Under the pieces are notes generated by a model, which saw only the letters and a program-made list of their open reading frames with translations, did no database searches and had not been told where the DNA came from. This document shows, one piece after another, positions 29,003-38,397 of a stretch of 64,000 nucleotides of DNA. Source of the stretch: a bacterium (GTDB lineage: Bacteria; Hydrothermota; Tepidihabitantia; SM23-42; JAOAFX01); NCBI GenBank assembly GCA_036382775.1, contig DASVHD010000036.1, forward strand, positions 18,657 to 82,656, written 5' to 3'. Each line of letters opens with the position of its first letter. Within the stretch, counting starts at the first letter, position 1. Both the position numbers and the translations under genes were made by a program.

Positions 29003-30871
29003 CTACTCTTTCCTGGTTTTAATTCTATCCACGATCGACTGGGCGTCAAGGCCGACCGTCTTGAGCAGCACCTCGCGCGGTCCGTGCTCGACGAAATTGT
29101 CGGGCAGTCCGATCGTCGTGATCGAGACGCCGGAGCTCATCGACCGGCAGAAATCGGTAACCGCGCTGCCAAAGCCGCCGATCATCGCGTTCTCCTCGAT
29201 CGTTACGATGCGCGCGGCTTTTTTCAACAGGTCTTTCAACATTTGGGTGTCCAGCGGCTTAGCGAAACGGGCATTGATGATCAAAGGATCATACCCTTTT
29301 GCCTGGAGCAATGGCAATGCTTCGACGGCTTTTTGCACCATCGAGCCGATCGCGAGGATCGCCAGGTCATTTTTCCCGCCCTGGTGAATAACCTCCCAGG
29401 TGCCGATCTTAAGCTCAGCCGGATCGCTGTTCTTGATCACGCTGCAACTTCCCCTGGGATAGCGGATAACAAAAGGCCCTTTGCGGTAATTAACCGCGGT
29501 TTTGAGCAGGGCGATCAGTTCCTCGCCGTCCTTGGGCGCGCTGACCACGGTATTGGGCACGCAACCGAAGAACGAAAGGTCGAACGGACCGTGATGCGTG
29601 GGCCCGTCCTCGCCGACCAGACCGGCGCGGTCAACGCAGAAGACCACCGGCGCTTTCTGCAGGCACACGTCATGGATTATCTGGTCATAGGCGCGCTGGA
29701 GGAACGTCGAATAGATCGCGCAAACCGGGATATAACCAGCAAGGGCGAGCGCGCTGGCCGTCGTGACCGCGTGTTGTTCGGTTATTCCCACGTCGAAGAA
29801 GCGGTCGGGCAGTTCCTCGCGGAACCTCGCCAATCCGGTGCCCAGGCACATCCCCGCCGTGATGGCGACGATCTTCGGGTTCTGCTTCGCAAGTGCGAGC
29901 AGGGCGTCGCCGAACACATCGGTGTACGAAATTTGTTTTGGTTTTTCCTTGCCGGTCAAAACATCGTAAGCGCCGATACCGTGGAACCGTTCGGGCTCGT
30001 CCTCGGCCGGCTTGTAGCCCTTGCCTTTGCGGGTCACGACATGGACTAAACGGGGTCCTTTCATATCCTTGACCCTGGTCAGCGTGTCGATCAGATCGTT
30101 GAGCTTGTGACCGTCCAACGGTCCGATATACCGGAAACCAAGTTCCTCGAAGATCACGGCCGGCGCGTAGAGACCCTTAAGGCCTTCCTGAATCCGCTTC
30201 GCGAAATTCCTGCCGCGCTCGCGCATATAGGGAGGAAATTTCCCTATGAACATCCACAGATCGTCGCGGAACCGGTTATAGGTCCGCGTCGTGATGATCT
30301 TGGTCAGATACTGGGAGAGCGCGCCGACCGATTCGCCGATCGACCGCTCGTTGTCGTTGAGGACGACCATTACGTCCTTTTTCATATGGCCTATATGGTT
30401 CAGCGCTTCAAATGCCATGCCCGTGGCCAGCGATCCGTCGCCGATCACGCTGATGATCTTGTACTTTTCATTGTTCAGGTCGCGGGCCAGGACGAACCCC
30501 GCGGCCGCGGACAAAGAGGTCGATGAATGTCCGGTATCGAAAACGTCGAACCGGGATTCCTTGCGCTTGGGAAATCCGCTGATGCCCTTGTGTTTGCGCA
30601 GGGTCTTGAACGCTGCATACCTGCCGGTCACAAGCTTCTGGGCATAGGTCTGGTGACCCACGTCCCAGATGATCTTATCCTGTTCCGCGTCAAAGACGCG
30701 GTACAGCGCAAGCGTCAGTTCCACGACGCCCAGAGAGGGCGCGAGGTGCCCGCCCGTCTTCGAGCAGGTCTGGATCATTTCATTGCGGATCTCCTGGCAT
30801 AGAACCTGGAGCTGTTCCAGTGACAGTTCTTTTAGGTCATTGGGATTTTTGATATTTTCAAGGATAGACAT
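29003..30871 (-). CDS. dxs: 1-deoxy-D-xylulose-5-phosphate synthase
   Basis: The N-terminus 'GGHLAPSLGVVELTLALYRVFD..DVGHQTYAQKL' and a transketolase-like thiamine diphosphate fold are present across the full length. Confidence 0.95.
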   Translation of the reverse strand: MSILENIKNPNDLKELSLEQLQVLCQEIRNEMIQTCSKTGGHLAPSLGVVELTLALYRVFDAEQDKIIWDVGHQTYAQKLVTGRYAAFKTLRKHKGISGFPKRKESRFDVFDTGHSSTSLSAAAGFVLARDLNNEKYKIISVIGDGSLATGMAFEALNHIGHMKKDVMVVLNDNERSIGESVGALSQYLTKIITTRTYNRFRDDLWMFIGKFPPYMRERGRNFAKRIQEGLKGLYAPAVIFEELGFRYIGPLDGHKLNDLIDTLTRVKDMKGPRLVHVVTRKGKGYKPAEDEPERFHGIGAYDVLTGKEKPKQISYTDVFGDALLALAKQNPKIVAITAGMCLGTGLARFREELPDRFFDVGITEQHAVTTASALALAGYIPVCAIYSTFLQRAYDQIIHDVCLQKAPVVFCVDRAGLVGEDGPTHHGPFDLSFFGCVPNTVVSAPKDGEELIALLKTAVNYRKGPFVIRYPRGSCSVIKNSDPAELKIGTWEVIHQGGKNDLAILAIGSMVQKAVEALPLLQAKGYDPLIINARFAKPLDTQMLKDLLKKAARIVTIEENAMIGGFGSAVTDFCRSMSSGVSITTIGLPDNFVEHGPREVLLKTVGLDAQSIVDRIKTRKE

Positions 30872-30934
30872 TTCAGTTATTGGTTATCGCGATAGTATGT
30901 TATATCTATATAGAAATCTATACTGGGTTACCTG

Positions 30935-31798
30935 TTAAAATGTTCGGTTTAAAATGAAATCCGTGAGTTCGCTGAAAACATTGAAACGCGCGCCCAATTT
31001 CAGGAAACGTTTTTTTGCCAGGGCCGCATACCGCTGGGCGCGGAACCGCGCACCGTCGAGCCCGTATACGCGGAGCGCCGTCAATTTTCCCGCCTTGTCG
31101 TCTTTCCCAGGTGTCTTACCGAGACTGTCCTTTTTACCGACCATGTCGAGGATATCATCAGTGTACTGGAACAGGATCCCCATGAAGATCCCGGCAGAAT
31201 AAAGGGTATCTATCACTGCCCGCGCGGCCCGCGCCATGATCGCGCCCGCCTGGATCGATACCGCGATGAACTTCGCGGTCTTATTCAGATGGATAAGTCT
31301 CAATGTCTTCGGGTTCAATTCCTTGTGTTCCTCGATATCCAGGACCTGACCATAAACGATCCCTTTGGGCCCGACCGCCCGGCTGACGGTCGCGACCACT
31401 TCCATTTTTTCAGGGGCATGGTCGGCACCTGCGGTCATAAGTTCATAAGCGTAGGCGTATAACCCGTCGCCGGCAAGGATCGCCCTGGCTTCGCCAAATT
31501 TCTTGTGGGACGACTCGCGCCCGCGGCGAAAATCATCGTTGTCCATGGACGGCAGGTCATCATGGATGAGCGAGTACGTATGGATGAGCTCCAGGCTGCA
31601 CGCGACACCCATGATCCCGGCAGTATCGGTACCGCCGCTGGCTTCATAGCTGGCGATCGCCAATATCGGACGGATCCTTTTGCCTTGTTCCAGGGAATAC
31701 TGCATGACATTGTAGAAAGGATTTCCGCCGGCGAAATATCTTTTTAGAGCGTCGTCAACCACTGCCTTCTTTTCTTTCAAATACATATTTATGTCCAT
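30935..31798 (-). CDS. ispA: Polyprenyl diphosphate synthase (farnesyl or geranylgeranyl)
   Basis: The first aspartate-rich motif 'LIHDDLPSMDNDDFRRG' and the second motif 'FQYTDDILD' are both present. Confidence 0.9.
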   Translation of the reverse strand: MDINMYLKEKKAVVDDALKRYFAGGNPFYNVMQYSLEQGKRIRPILAIASYEASGGTDTAGIMGVACSLELIHTYSLIHDDLPSMDNDDFRRGRESSHKKFGEARAILAGDGLYAYAYELMTAGADHAPEKMEVVATVSRAVGPKGIVYGQVLDIEEHKELNPKTLRLIHLNKTAKFIAVSIQAGAIMARAARAVIDTLYSAGIFMGILFQYTDDILDMVGKKDSLGKTPGKDDKAGKLTALRVYGLDGARFRAQRYAALAKKRFLKLGARFNVFSELTDFILNRTF

Positions 31799-31868
31799 CT
31801 TAAGTGTTATAATTTTAACGCAAAATGGCCTTTTGTCAAGAGGTACTGCAGAGATTTCTGCTCTGCCT

Positions 31869-31983
31869 TACCTCCCCCTTGATGGGGGAGGATAGAGGTG
31901 GGGTTGACTGTTGTATCTTATTCGTTACCCTTTTATGTATTTCACCCTCCCCTTTATCCCCTCCCGTCAAGGGAGGGGAAGTG
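31869..31983. repeat. Copy A of a G/C-homopolymer palindromic mini-element, with two terminal hairpins
   Basis: The left hairpin is CCTCCCCC-ttgat-GGGGGAGG at 31871-31891. The right hairpin is CCCCTCCC-gtcaa-GGGAGGGG at 31957-31978, flanked by CACCCTCCCC and GAAGTG. The copy is intergenic, between ispA and lpxB. Confidence 0.5.
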
Positions 31984-32075
31984 TTGGAGGAACATATATT
32001 TTAATGTAGAGAGCATTAAAAATTAAAAAATCTGGGCATTGATTTATGAGTTAAGATATATATTGTATATAATAT

Positions 32076-33083
32076 ATGGAATTTTTGGATAGAAACTTAA
32101 ACGGTTCGGTGTTCATATGCGCGGGAGAACCATCCGGCGATCTCTATGGAGCGTATTTCGCTGATCTGATCAAAAAAGATCATTCAAAAATAAAGTTCTA
32201 TGGTATCGGCGGACCCAGAATGGCCCGGTCCGGTGTTGAGATCCTTGGTGATTATCAGGGAATGTCCATGATGACCTTTGGATTTTCCGCTGGTTTATCA
32301 GGGATCGTCCAAAATTACCGGGCGTATCGCAAGATCTGCCGTTTGATCCGGAGAACAAAGCCGGAGACCTTTATCGCGGTCGCTTACCCGGGCGTGAACC
32401 TCCTGCTTGGCAGGTACGCGAAAGATCATGGAATGAAAGTCTACTATCTCATGCCGCCCCAGATCTGGGCGTGGGGCGCTTTCAGGAAATATTTTCTGAA
32501 AAAATGGACCGACCAGGTGATATCGCTTTTTCCGTTCGAGCACCGGTTTCTTCAGCAACTGGGCATGCATTCCATCCTGCTGGAAAATCCACTCCGCCAG
32601 GAATTGCAGAAATACCGGCGCCGCGATCACAAGAAACGCATTGGCTTCATGCCTGGTTCGCGTCCCGGCATGATCAGGCGGAATATGACCGTTATACAAA
32701 AGTTAGCGGCTGCCATGAAAGCTCAAAAAGCCGGCGCTGGCACTGAATATGTTCTCATCTTTCCCCCATCAATGGATAGCTCCCCGTTCCCGCTTCCCAG
32801 CCCCAACCCATTCATTATATCTTATGATCATTACCAGGCAATGCGCGACTGCGATCTTCTGGTCACCTGCTCGGGCACGGCGTCCCTGGAAGCCGCGTTC
32901 ATGGGTATCCCCCAGGTCTTTTTCCATCGGCCTTCGTTCTTTGACTACCACATCGCCCGGCATTTTATCCGCTTGAAGGAATACAACCTTGCGAACCTGT
33001 ATTTTGAAAAAAAAATTGCACCATCATATATCTGCCGGAGCATCAAAGACCTGGTCGCGCTGTTGACTAAGCACCTGATTTGA
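32076..33083 (+). CDS. lpxB: Lipid-A-disaccharide synthase
   Basis: Four motifs match LpxB: 'GEPSGDLYGA', 'GIGGPRM', 'MPPQIWAWG' and 'GFMPGSR' (E. coli has GEASGD, VAGPRM, SPSVWAWR and LLPGSR). Confidence 0.8.
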   Translation: MEFLDRNLNGSVFICAGEPSGDLYGAYFADLIKKDHSKIKFYGIGGPRMARSGVEILGDYQGMSMMTFGFSAGLSGIVQNYRAYRKICRLIRRTKPETFIAVAYPGVNLLLGRYAKDHGMKVYYLMPPQIWAWGAFRKYFLKKWTDQVISLFPFEHRFLQQLGMHSILLENPLRQELQKYRRRDHKKRIGFMPGSRPGMIRRNMTVIQKLAAAMKAQKAGAGTEYVLIFPPSMDSSPFPLPSPNPFIISYDHYQAMRDCDLLVTCSGTASLEAAFMGIPQVFFHRPSFFDYHIARHFIRLKEYNLANLYFEKKIAPSYICRSIKDLVALLTKHLI

Positions 33084-33101
33084 GGTATAATTAATCAGGC
33101 A

Positions 33102-33950
33102 ATGGAAATCGCTAACCTGGTGACCCATCCTTTCGGCATCGGTGAAAAACTTATTTTAGAATTGATGAAGCAGGGCGAGACCGTCCACACGGTCTACGCT
33201 TCGCCCAAGGACGTGCCCATGTCCTTGCTCGGCAAACCGCGGTTGAAATGGGGATTTTACAAGTTCGAGGGCGACAAGGATCTGAACATGGAAAAAGGCC
33301 TACCCCGGAAAGTGGAGACTGTTTTCCATATCTTCGACCTTTACGGCGGTTCCATCCCCCGACTGATGATGGCCAACACCATGACTACGGTCCTACTCCT
33401 GGATTGGGCGAAAAAGGTCGGCGCCAAACAGTTCATCTTCGTTTCCACGGGCGAGGTTTACGGTAATGGCAGGGCGTGTTCTGAGACCACGCCATATAAC
33501 CCCCGCAGCGCCTACGCAACCACGAAATTCCAATCCGAGATCATTTCGCGCTATTATAGCCGGAGCATTGCGCTCAAGACCGTGCGGCTGTTCTTCCCTT
33601 TCGGAAAAGGCATGAACCAGGGATACATACACAACCTAGTCGAGTCCGTGAAAACGAACGGCACGATCGAAACCGAATACGGAACGATAACGCCGACCTA
33701 CGCAGATGACGTTATCGGACCGCTGATCAAAGTCCGCGGTGTCAATGACGTCATCGGCTTCAATTTCTGCGGGAATCCCATGGCTGTGGCCGACGTGGTC
33801 AAAGTCATTGAAGGCGCGCTCAACAAAACCGCCAAAAAAGTCGTCATGGGTAAGGCGGAGTTGACCGGGAACAATGCCAAGGCGAGAGAATTGCTCGGAT
33901 TCAGGGAAACGCCGTTTGACCAGGCAGTGCGGCAATCGTTCGGTTCCTAA
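33102..33950 (+). CDS. Protein of the NAD-dependent epimerase/dehydratase (extended SDR) family
   Basis: A degenerate GxxGxxG is followed by a catalytic 'YATTK' (YxxxK) and 'FIFVSTGEVYG'. Confidence 0.65.
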   Translation: MEIANLVTHPFGIGEKLILELMKQGETVHTVYASPKDVPMSLLGKPRLKWGFYKFEGDKDLNMEKGLPRKVETVFHIFDLYGGSIPRLMMANTMTTVLLLDWAKKVGAKQFIFVSTGEVYGNGRACSETTPYNPRSAYATTKFQSEIISRYYSRSIALKTVRLFFPFGKGMNQGYIHNLVESVKTNGTIETEYGTITPTYADDVIGPLIKVRGVNDVIGFNFCGNPMAVADVVKVIEGALNKTAKKVVMGKAELTGNNAKARELLGFRETPFDQAVRQSFGS

Positions 33951-34028
33951 ATCCGCGGTTTTGGCTATGATCCATTCTTTGATCCATCATTAGATGCATC
34001 ATCCTCTGTTCACAGCCAGTCTGCCATT

Positions 34029-35468
34029 ATGATCGACATCCTGCTGGTCAATCCCCGGGAAACCGGAAGGTTCTTTGAAAAAATGCCGCCGCTGGGCCCG
34101 GCATCGATCGCCGCAAACCTGGAAAAAAACGAATACTCGGTAAAGATCATCGATTTCGAGATCGAAAAGCAACCGCTTGAATACTGGTTGAACCGTTTTC
34201 ATCCGCGGTTTCTTGGTATCTCAGGGACGACCCACACGCGTTTTGAAGCGTTCCGGCTCGCGCGTGAAGCCAAGGCCTTTGATAAAACGATCACCGTCGT
34301 TTATGGCGGCGTTCACGCCTCATGCGCTGCGGTTAACACGCTCAACAAAATTCCTGAGATCGATTTTATCGTCCGCGGCGAGGGTGAAGAGACGGTCGTC
34401 AACATGATCAAGGCGTATAAGACCGACCTTGACTTCTCCATCATCCGGGGGCTTGCTTACCGGGGGGATGGCGTGATAATTGACAACCCCCAGGCGCACC
34501 GCGCCGATCTTAATGACCTCCCCATGCCCGCGTACCATCTCCTTGACATGAAACGTTACTCGCTCAGGATGCCGTTCAATAACCGGAAAGGGATCTCCCT
34601 GATCACGTCGCGCGGCTGCCAGGCGCGATGCACCTTCTGCTCGGCAAGCCATATGTTCAGCCATCTGGTCACGACAAGATCAGCTCCGCTCGTGGCCGAC
34701 GAGATCTCCCGGCTTTTCACGGCTTATGGTTATGAAGCGGTCAAGATCTTCGACAGCACATTCACGATAGATCGCGATCACGCGCTCGGATTCTGCCGTG
34801 AGATCACAAACCGCGACCTGAAATTCCCCTGGGAATGCGAGATCAGGGTTGGTACGGTCGATATAGAACTCCTCGAAAAGATGCAGGAAGCGGGCTGCTA
34901 TCATGTCGACGTCGGCATCGAATCCGGCAGCCAGAAGGTCCTCGACCTGATGCGCAAGGGCATAACCGTGGAACAGGCGCATGATACTCTCCAGCTGTGT
35001 CATAAGATCGGTCTCAAGATCAAAGCGTTCTTTTCCTATGGACATATCGGCGAAACCATGAAAGATGTGGATATGACCTTCGCCTTCATTGAAAAGCATA
35101 AGGACATGATCGACGTGGTCGCCAGCGGCGCCGGCGTGAGGATCTATCCCGGAACATATCTGGAAACATACGCCCGCAAGAACGATCTGCTCCCGGCTGA
35201 TTTTGAGTGGAGCCTGCCGTACGAGGATGAGCGACTCGAGTCGATCTTCCAGACGCCATCCGTACCGGTTTTGATCCAGGCGCAGCTGGGGTATGCCGAA
35301 CTGGAGAAGATCGCGCTCCGGATATATGGTAACCGATATCGCGGCTGGGACGGATTCAAGCTTGGGCTGACCAAAGTGACCGATCCGGTCAAGCTGCGTA
35401 AGTTAACCCGGGTCATGAAATTAAAGTTGAAGGATAGATTTAAAAAGCCAGATCCAGACAAAACTTGA
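34029..35468 (+). CDS. Radical SAM protein with an N-terminal B12-binding domain
   Basis: The N-terminus 'ILLVNPRE' and the B12-binding region 'VVYGGVHAS' are followed by a radical SAM cluster motif 'SRGCQARCTFCS' (CX3CX2C). Confidence 0.8.
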   Translation: MIDILLVNPRETGRFFEKMPPLGPASIAANLEKNEYSVKIIDFEIEKQPLEYWLNRFHPRFLGISGTTHTRFEAFRLAREAKAFDKTITVVYGGVHASCAAVNTLNKIPEIDFIVRGEGEETVVNMIKAYKTDLDFSIIRGLAYRGDGVIIDNPQAHRADLNDLPMPAYHLLDMKRYSLRMPFNNRKGISLITSRGCQARCTFCSASHMFSHLVTTRSAPLVADEISRLFTAYGYEAVKIFDSTFTIDRDHALGFCREITNRDLKFPWECEIRVGTVDIELLEKMQEAGCYHVDVGIESGSQKVLDLMRKGITVEQAHDTLQLCHKIGLKIKAFFSYGHIGETMKDVDMTFAFIEKHKDMIDVVASGAGVRIYPGTYLETYARKNDLLPADFEWSLPYEDERLESIFQTPSVPVLIQAQLGYAELEKIALRIYGNRYRGWDGFKLGLTKVTDPVKLRKLTRVMKLKLKDRFKKPDPDKT

Positions 35469-36538
35469 AGATCCTGCACGTGACGTTCGAGAATTTTCAG
35501 GATGTACCCGGGCTCCTGAGCCGCAGCCACGCTTTTTTCGGCGATCAGGGAGCATTGGTAACGATGTCGCGCTCAAAACTGGGGTTTCCGAACGGCATTC
35601 TGCTTAATTATCCGATGCTGAACTCGCCGGTCATACGCCGCATGCGTTCGCTGACCGGCCGGGAGAACGTGAACGTGCCGGGCGACCGGCTCAGTCTGCG
35701 CATCCGGGGAAACCACTGGGGCAAGCGTCTTTTTCTGAAAACACGGGACCTGCTTTGGCTCCAGCGCCTGCATAATGCGTGGCAGCAGGATGAACTCGAT
35801 AGTTATGATATCTACCATTTTGACGGTGACATGCCGTTCATCTTCGGTGACCGGATCCTCAAAAAACTAAAGGACAAAAAAAAACACCTGGTAACGCACT
35901 TCTTCGGCACTGATCTGCGCAAATGGGGTATGAACCCCTATCTCAAAAACGATGCCGAGCTCAGGTTCACGTCCGAGGTTGACCATACAAAGATCGATCC
36001 TTCATTGATATTTGTGCCCATACCTTACGAGGCTGACCGCGTGATGCCCCGGGATAGTGAAAACGCAGTTCTCAGGATCGGGCATTCGCCGACCCGGCGC
36101 ACCGCTAAAGGTACGCAGGATATCATGGATTCGATCGCCCGGATCCAGCGAAAAAGCAAGCCCAGGTTCGAGTTCGTGCTCATCGAGAACGTCTCCCACC
36201 GCCGGTGCATGGAGATCAAGGCGACCTGCGACATCGGCATTGACCAGGTCGGGAATTACGCGGGCACGGCGTATGGCCGGAGCGGATTGGAATTCCTCGC
36301 CCTTGGCAAACCGACGATCACCGAGATACCGGATGAATATGAACATCTTCTACCCGGCCATCCTTTTATAAAAGCCACCAAGGATACTCTGACCGGCGTG
36401 ATCGCAAGGACGCTGGAAAATGGCGATCTGCGGCGGCAAAAACGAAAACAGGGTATTGACTGGGTTAGAACATTCCCCCATCCCCGGCGCATCATCTCCC
36501 TCATGTATGATGAATACCACAGGCTGGGTTGGAAGTGA
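35465..36538 (+). CDS. Hypothetical protein, possibly a GT-B glycosyltransferase
   Basis: The C-terminal half 'IGHSPTRRTAKGTQDI...FEFVLIENVSH...YGRSGLEFLALGKPTIT' resembles a GT1 C-domain. The TTG start overlaps the upstream stop codon. Confidence 0.45.
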   Translation: MKILHVTFENFQDVPGLLSRSHAFFGDQGALVTMSRSKLGFPNGILLNYPMLNSPVIRRMRSLTGRENVNVPGDRLSLRIRGNHWGKRLFLKTRDLLWLQRLHNAWQQDELDSYDIYHFDGDMPFIFGDRILKKLKDKKKHLVTHFFGTDLRKWGMNPYLKNDAELRFTSEVDHTKIDPSLIFVPIPYEADRVMPRDSENAVLRIGHSPTRRTAKGTQDIMDSIARIQRKSKPRFEFVLIENVSHRRCMEIKATCDIGIDQVGNYAGTAYGRSGLEFLALGKPTITEIPDEYEHLLPGHPFIKATKDTLTGVIARTLENGDLRRQKRKQGIDWVRTFPHPRRIISLMYDEYHRLGWK

Positions 36539-37692
36539 ACATTGTCGCCGATGAGCAGATCGCCTTTGTCCGTGAAGTATTCAGCCGCATCGGTAAGGTC
36601 CAGACCCTGCCGGCTGGCGCTATCACGGCAACGGCGGTGCGGCATGCCGACCTGCTTATCATCCGATCGGTAACAAAAGTTTCGGACGCGCTTCTCCGCG
36701 GTTCACGGATCAGGATCATCGGTACGGTCACGAGCGGTATTGACCATGTGGATGCCGGTGCCCTGCGTGGCCGCAGGATCAAGTTGATCCGCGCGCCGGG
36801 CTGTAACGCGCGGGCAGTGGCTGAATACGTCCTTGCCGGCATCATTGCGGTCGCGGAAAAAAAGGGTTTTGTACTGAACGGCAAGACCATTGGGATCATT
36901 GGCGTCGGTCATGTAGGGTCCCTGGTCGCCCGGTTCTGCCGGGCCATGGGAATGAAACTGATGCTTAACGACCCACTGCTCGCGGCAAGATCAGGAATTA
37001 AAAAACACCGGTTCAAACCGATCGCCGAGATCCTGAATAATGCCGATATCATTACCCTGCATGTGCCCCTGACCACTATTGGCAGATACGCCACCCGGCA
37101 TATGGTCAATGATGAATTTTTCGCGCGGTTAAAGAAAAAAGCCGTCCTTATTAACACATCGCGGGGAGCGGTCATAGATGAAAACGCTCTGATCAGAGCC
37201 ATACGGATGAGCAAGATCAGCGCGCTTGTGCTTGATGTCTGGGAACATGAACCCGGGATCAACCGTGCCGTGCTCGATATCGCCGATATCGGAACTCAAC
37301 ATATCGCCGGGCATTCATTCCTGGGCCGGCTTCGCGGTACAGCCATGGTCTATGACCAGTTCTACCGGGTCCTTGGTCTTAAAAGTTCAGGGGGCTGGTC
37401 TCCCCTGAGCCTTGCTCCGGCAAGCCGTCTCCAAACCGTATCAGTTACGTGGCGCGAAAATCCGGAGGAAGAAGCAATCCGGAAACTTGTTCATAAGATC
37501 TACGATCCAGTGTCAGATGGCCGTAAATTGCGAAAGTATCTGAAATTACCGCGGTCAGAGCAGTCCCGGTATTTTGAACGCTTGCGCGATTCTTATCCTC
37601 TACGCCCCGAATTTGGAGAAATCCGGATCGCCTGCCGGCAATGTCCTGAAGGTCTAATAAAAAAGTTGACCACACTTGGGTTTATCGTCTGA
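36529..37692 (+). CDS. pdxB: Erythronate-4-phosphate dehydrogenase
   Basis: The sequence is collinear with PdxB: 'FVREVFSRIGKV...HADLLIIRSVTKV..GTVTSGIDHVD...APGCNARAVAEYV...GIIGVGHVGS'. The length is about 380 aa. Confidence 0.8.
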   Translation: MEVNIVADEQIAFVREVFSRIGKVQTLPAGAITATAVRHADLLIIRSVTKVSDALLRGSRIRIIGTVTSGIDHVDAGALRGRRIKLIRAPGCNARAVAEYVLAGIIAVAEKKGFVLNGKTIGIIGVGHVGSLVARFCRAMGMKLMLNDPLLAARSGIKKHRFKPIAEILNNADIITLHVPLTTIGRYATRHMVNDEFFARLKKKAVLINTSRGAVIDENALIRAIRMSKISALVLDVWEHEPGINRAVLDIADIGTQHIAGHSFLGRLRGTAMVYDQFYRVLGLKSSGGWSPLSLAPASRLQTVSVTWRENPEEEAIRKLVHKIYDPVSDGRKLRKYLKLPRSEQSRYFERLRDSYPLRPEFGEIRIACRQCPEGLIKKLTTLGFIV

Positions 37693-37702
37693 GCATTGTC
37701 CA

Positions 37703-37800
37703 ATCCCCCCCACCCTACGCTCCTCCCACAGGGACACCAATTATCATGAAAGGTCCTTTTCCACGTCGCCCTCGAGGGGGGAGGAAAAAGGAGGGGGTGA
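37703..37800. repeat. Copy B of the G/C-homopolymer palindromic mini-element, a longer form with a roughly 48-nt core
   Basis: The left arm is ATCCCCCCCACCCTACGCTCCTCCC. The right arm is GGGGGGAGGAAAAAGGAGGGGGTGA, which is approximately the reverse complement of the left arm. The copy lies between pdxB and the tRNA-Gly promoter. Confidence 0.5.
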
Positions 37801-37848
37801 ATTTTTTGTTTATGATAGGTTGTTGTCTGTTACTGGATTTACCGCGCA

Positions 37849-37876
37849 TTGACATTTTTGCGCGATTGCATATAAT
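37849..37876 (+). promoter_or_regulatory. Consensus sigma70 promoter for tRNA-Gly
   Basis: TTGACA lies at 37849-54, a 16-nt spacer follows, and TATAAT lies at 37871-76. The mature tRNA 5' end is 12 nt downstream. Confidence 0.6.
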
Positions 37877-37887
37877 ATAAGTTATTC

Positions 37888-37959
37888 GCGGGAGTAGCTC
37901 AGTGGTGGAGCATCACCTTGCCAAGGTGAGGGTCGCGGGTTCAAATCCCGTCTCCCGCT
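37888..37959 (+). tRNA. tRNA-Gly with anticodon GCC
   Basis: A hand-folded cloverleaf is consistent. The acceptor stem GCGGGAG pairs with CTCCCGC. The D-arm is GCTC/GAGC and the anticodon stem TCACC/GGTGA. The anticodon loop TTGCCAA carries anticodon GCC. The T-arm is GCGGG-TTCAAAT-CCCGT. The molecule is 72 nt and has no encoded CCA. Confidence 0.9.
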
Positions 37960-38208
37960 GTAAATTCGGCCCACAGTCACCAAACGTAGTGCAGGTGAAT
38001 GTGGTAGCCGAATTTAAATCAGCCTTCCTAATATCTTTATCAAAGGACTGATTTAGTCTCGTCCTCATCATTATTATAACAATAGAAAAGACGAGGCAAC
38101 ATCCCGTTACTGCGGTCTTTTGCAGTAAACGGGATTTCCTATTTATATGATAAAATCGAATAATAACGAATAATACTAATTCGTAACATTCGCTTTTCTT
38201 ATTCCTCT

Positions 38209-38370
38209 TTATGTCGGGAACCGGTTTTTGCTTTCTTCTTCCTTCGCCTTTTCTTCCTTATGCTTTCTTATGACATCTTCCCGTCGCTTCTGTTCGCCTT
38301 TTTGCAGCGCTGAAATGATGATCCACAGCACCGCCAGAACGATCACCAAGCCGATTATGATAAATAGCAT
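38209..38370 (-). CDS. Small 53-aa single-transmembrane protein, not in the supplied ORF track
   Basis: AAGAGGAGG sits 8 nt before the ATG. The product is MLFIIIGLVIVLAVLWIIISALQKGEQKRREDVIRKHKEEKAKEEESKNRFPT. The gene is immediately downstream of the 236-aa gene on the same strand. Confidence 0.4.
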   Translation of the reverse strand: MLFIIIGLVIVLAVLWIIISALQKGEQKRREDVIRKHKEEKAKEEESKNRFPT

Positions 38371-38397
38371 ATTAAATACCTCCTCTTATTAGCATTG

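Noticed and set aside
28991-30049. 352-aa plus-strand ORF overlapping dxs
   Set aside because: It is antisense to dxs, which is conserved over its full length.
37960-38015. Possible second tRNA or attachment site immediately after tRNA-Gly
   Set aside because: It contains only a long-loop inverted repeat. It cannot be folded into a cloverleaf, and no direct repeat of the tRNA 3' end was found.
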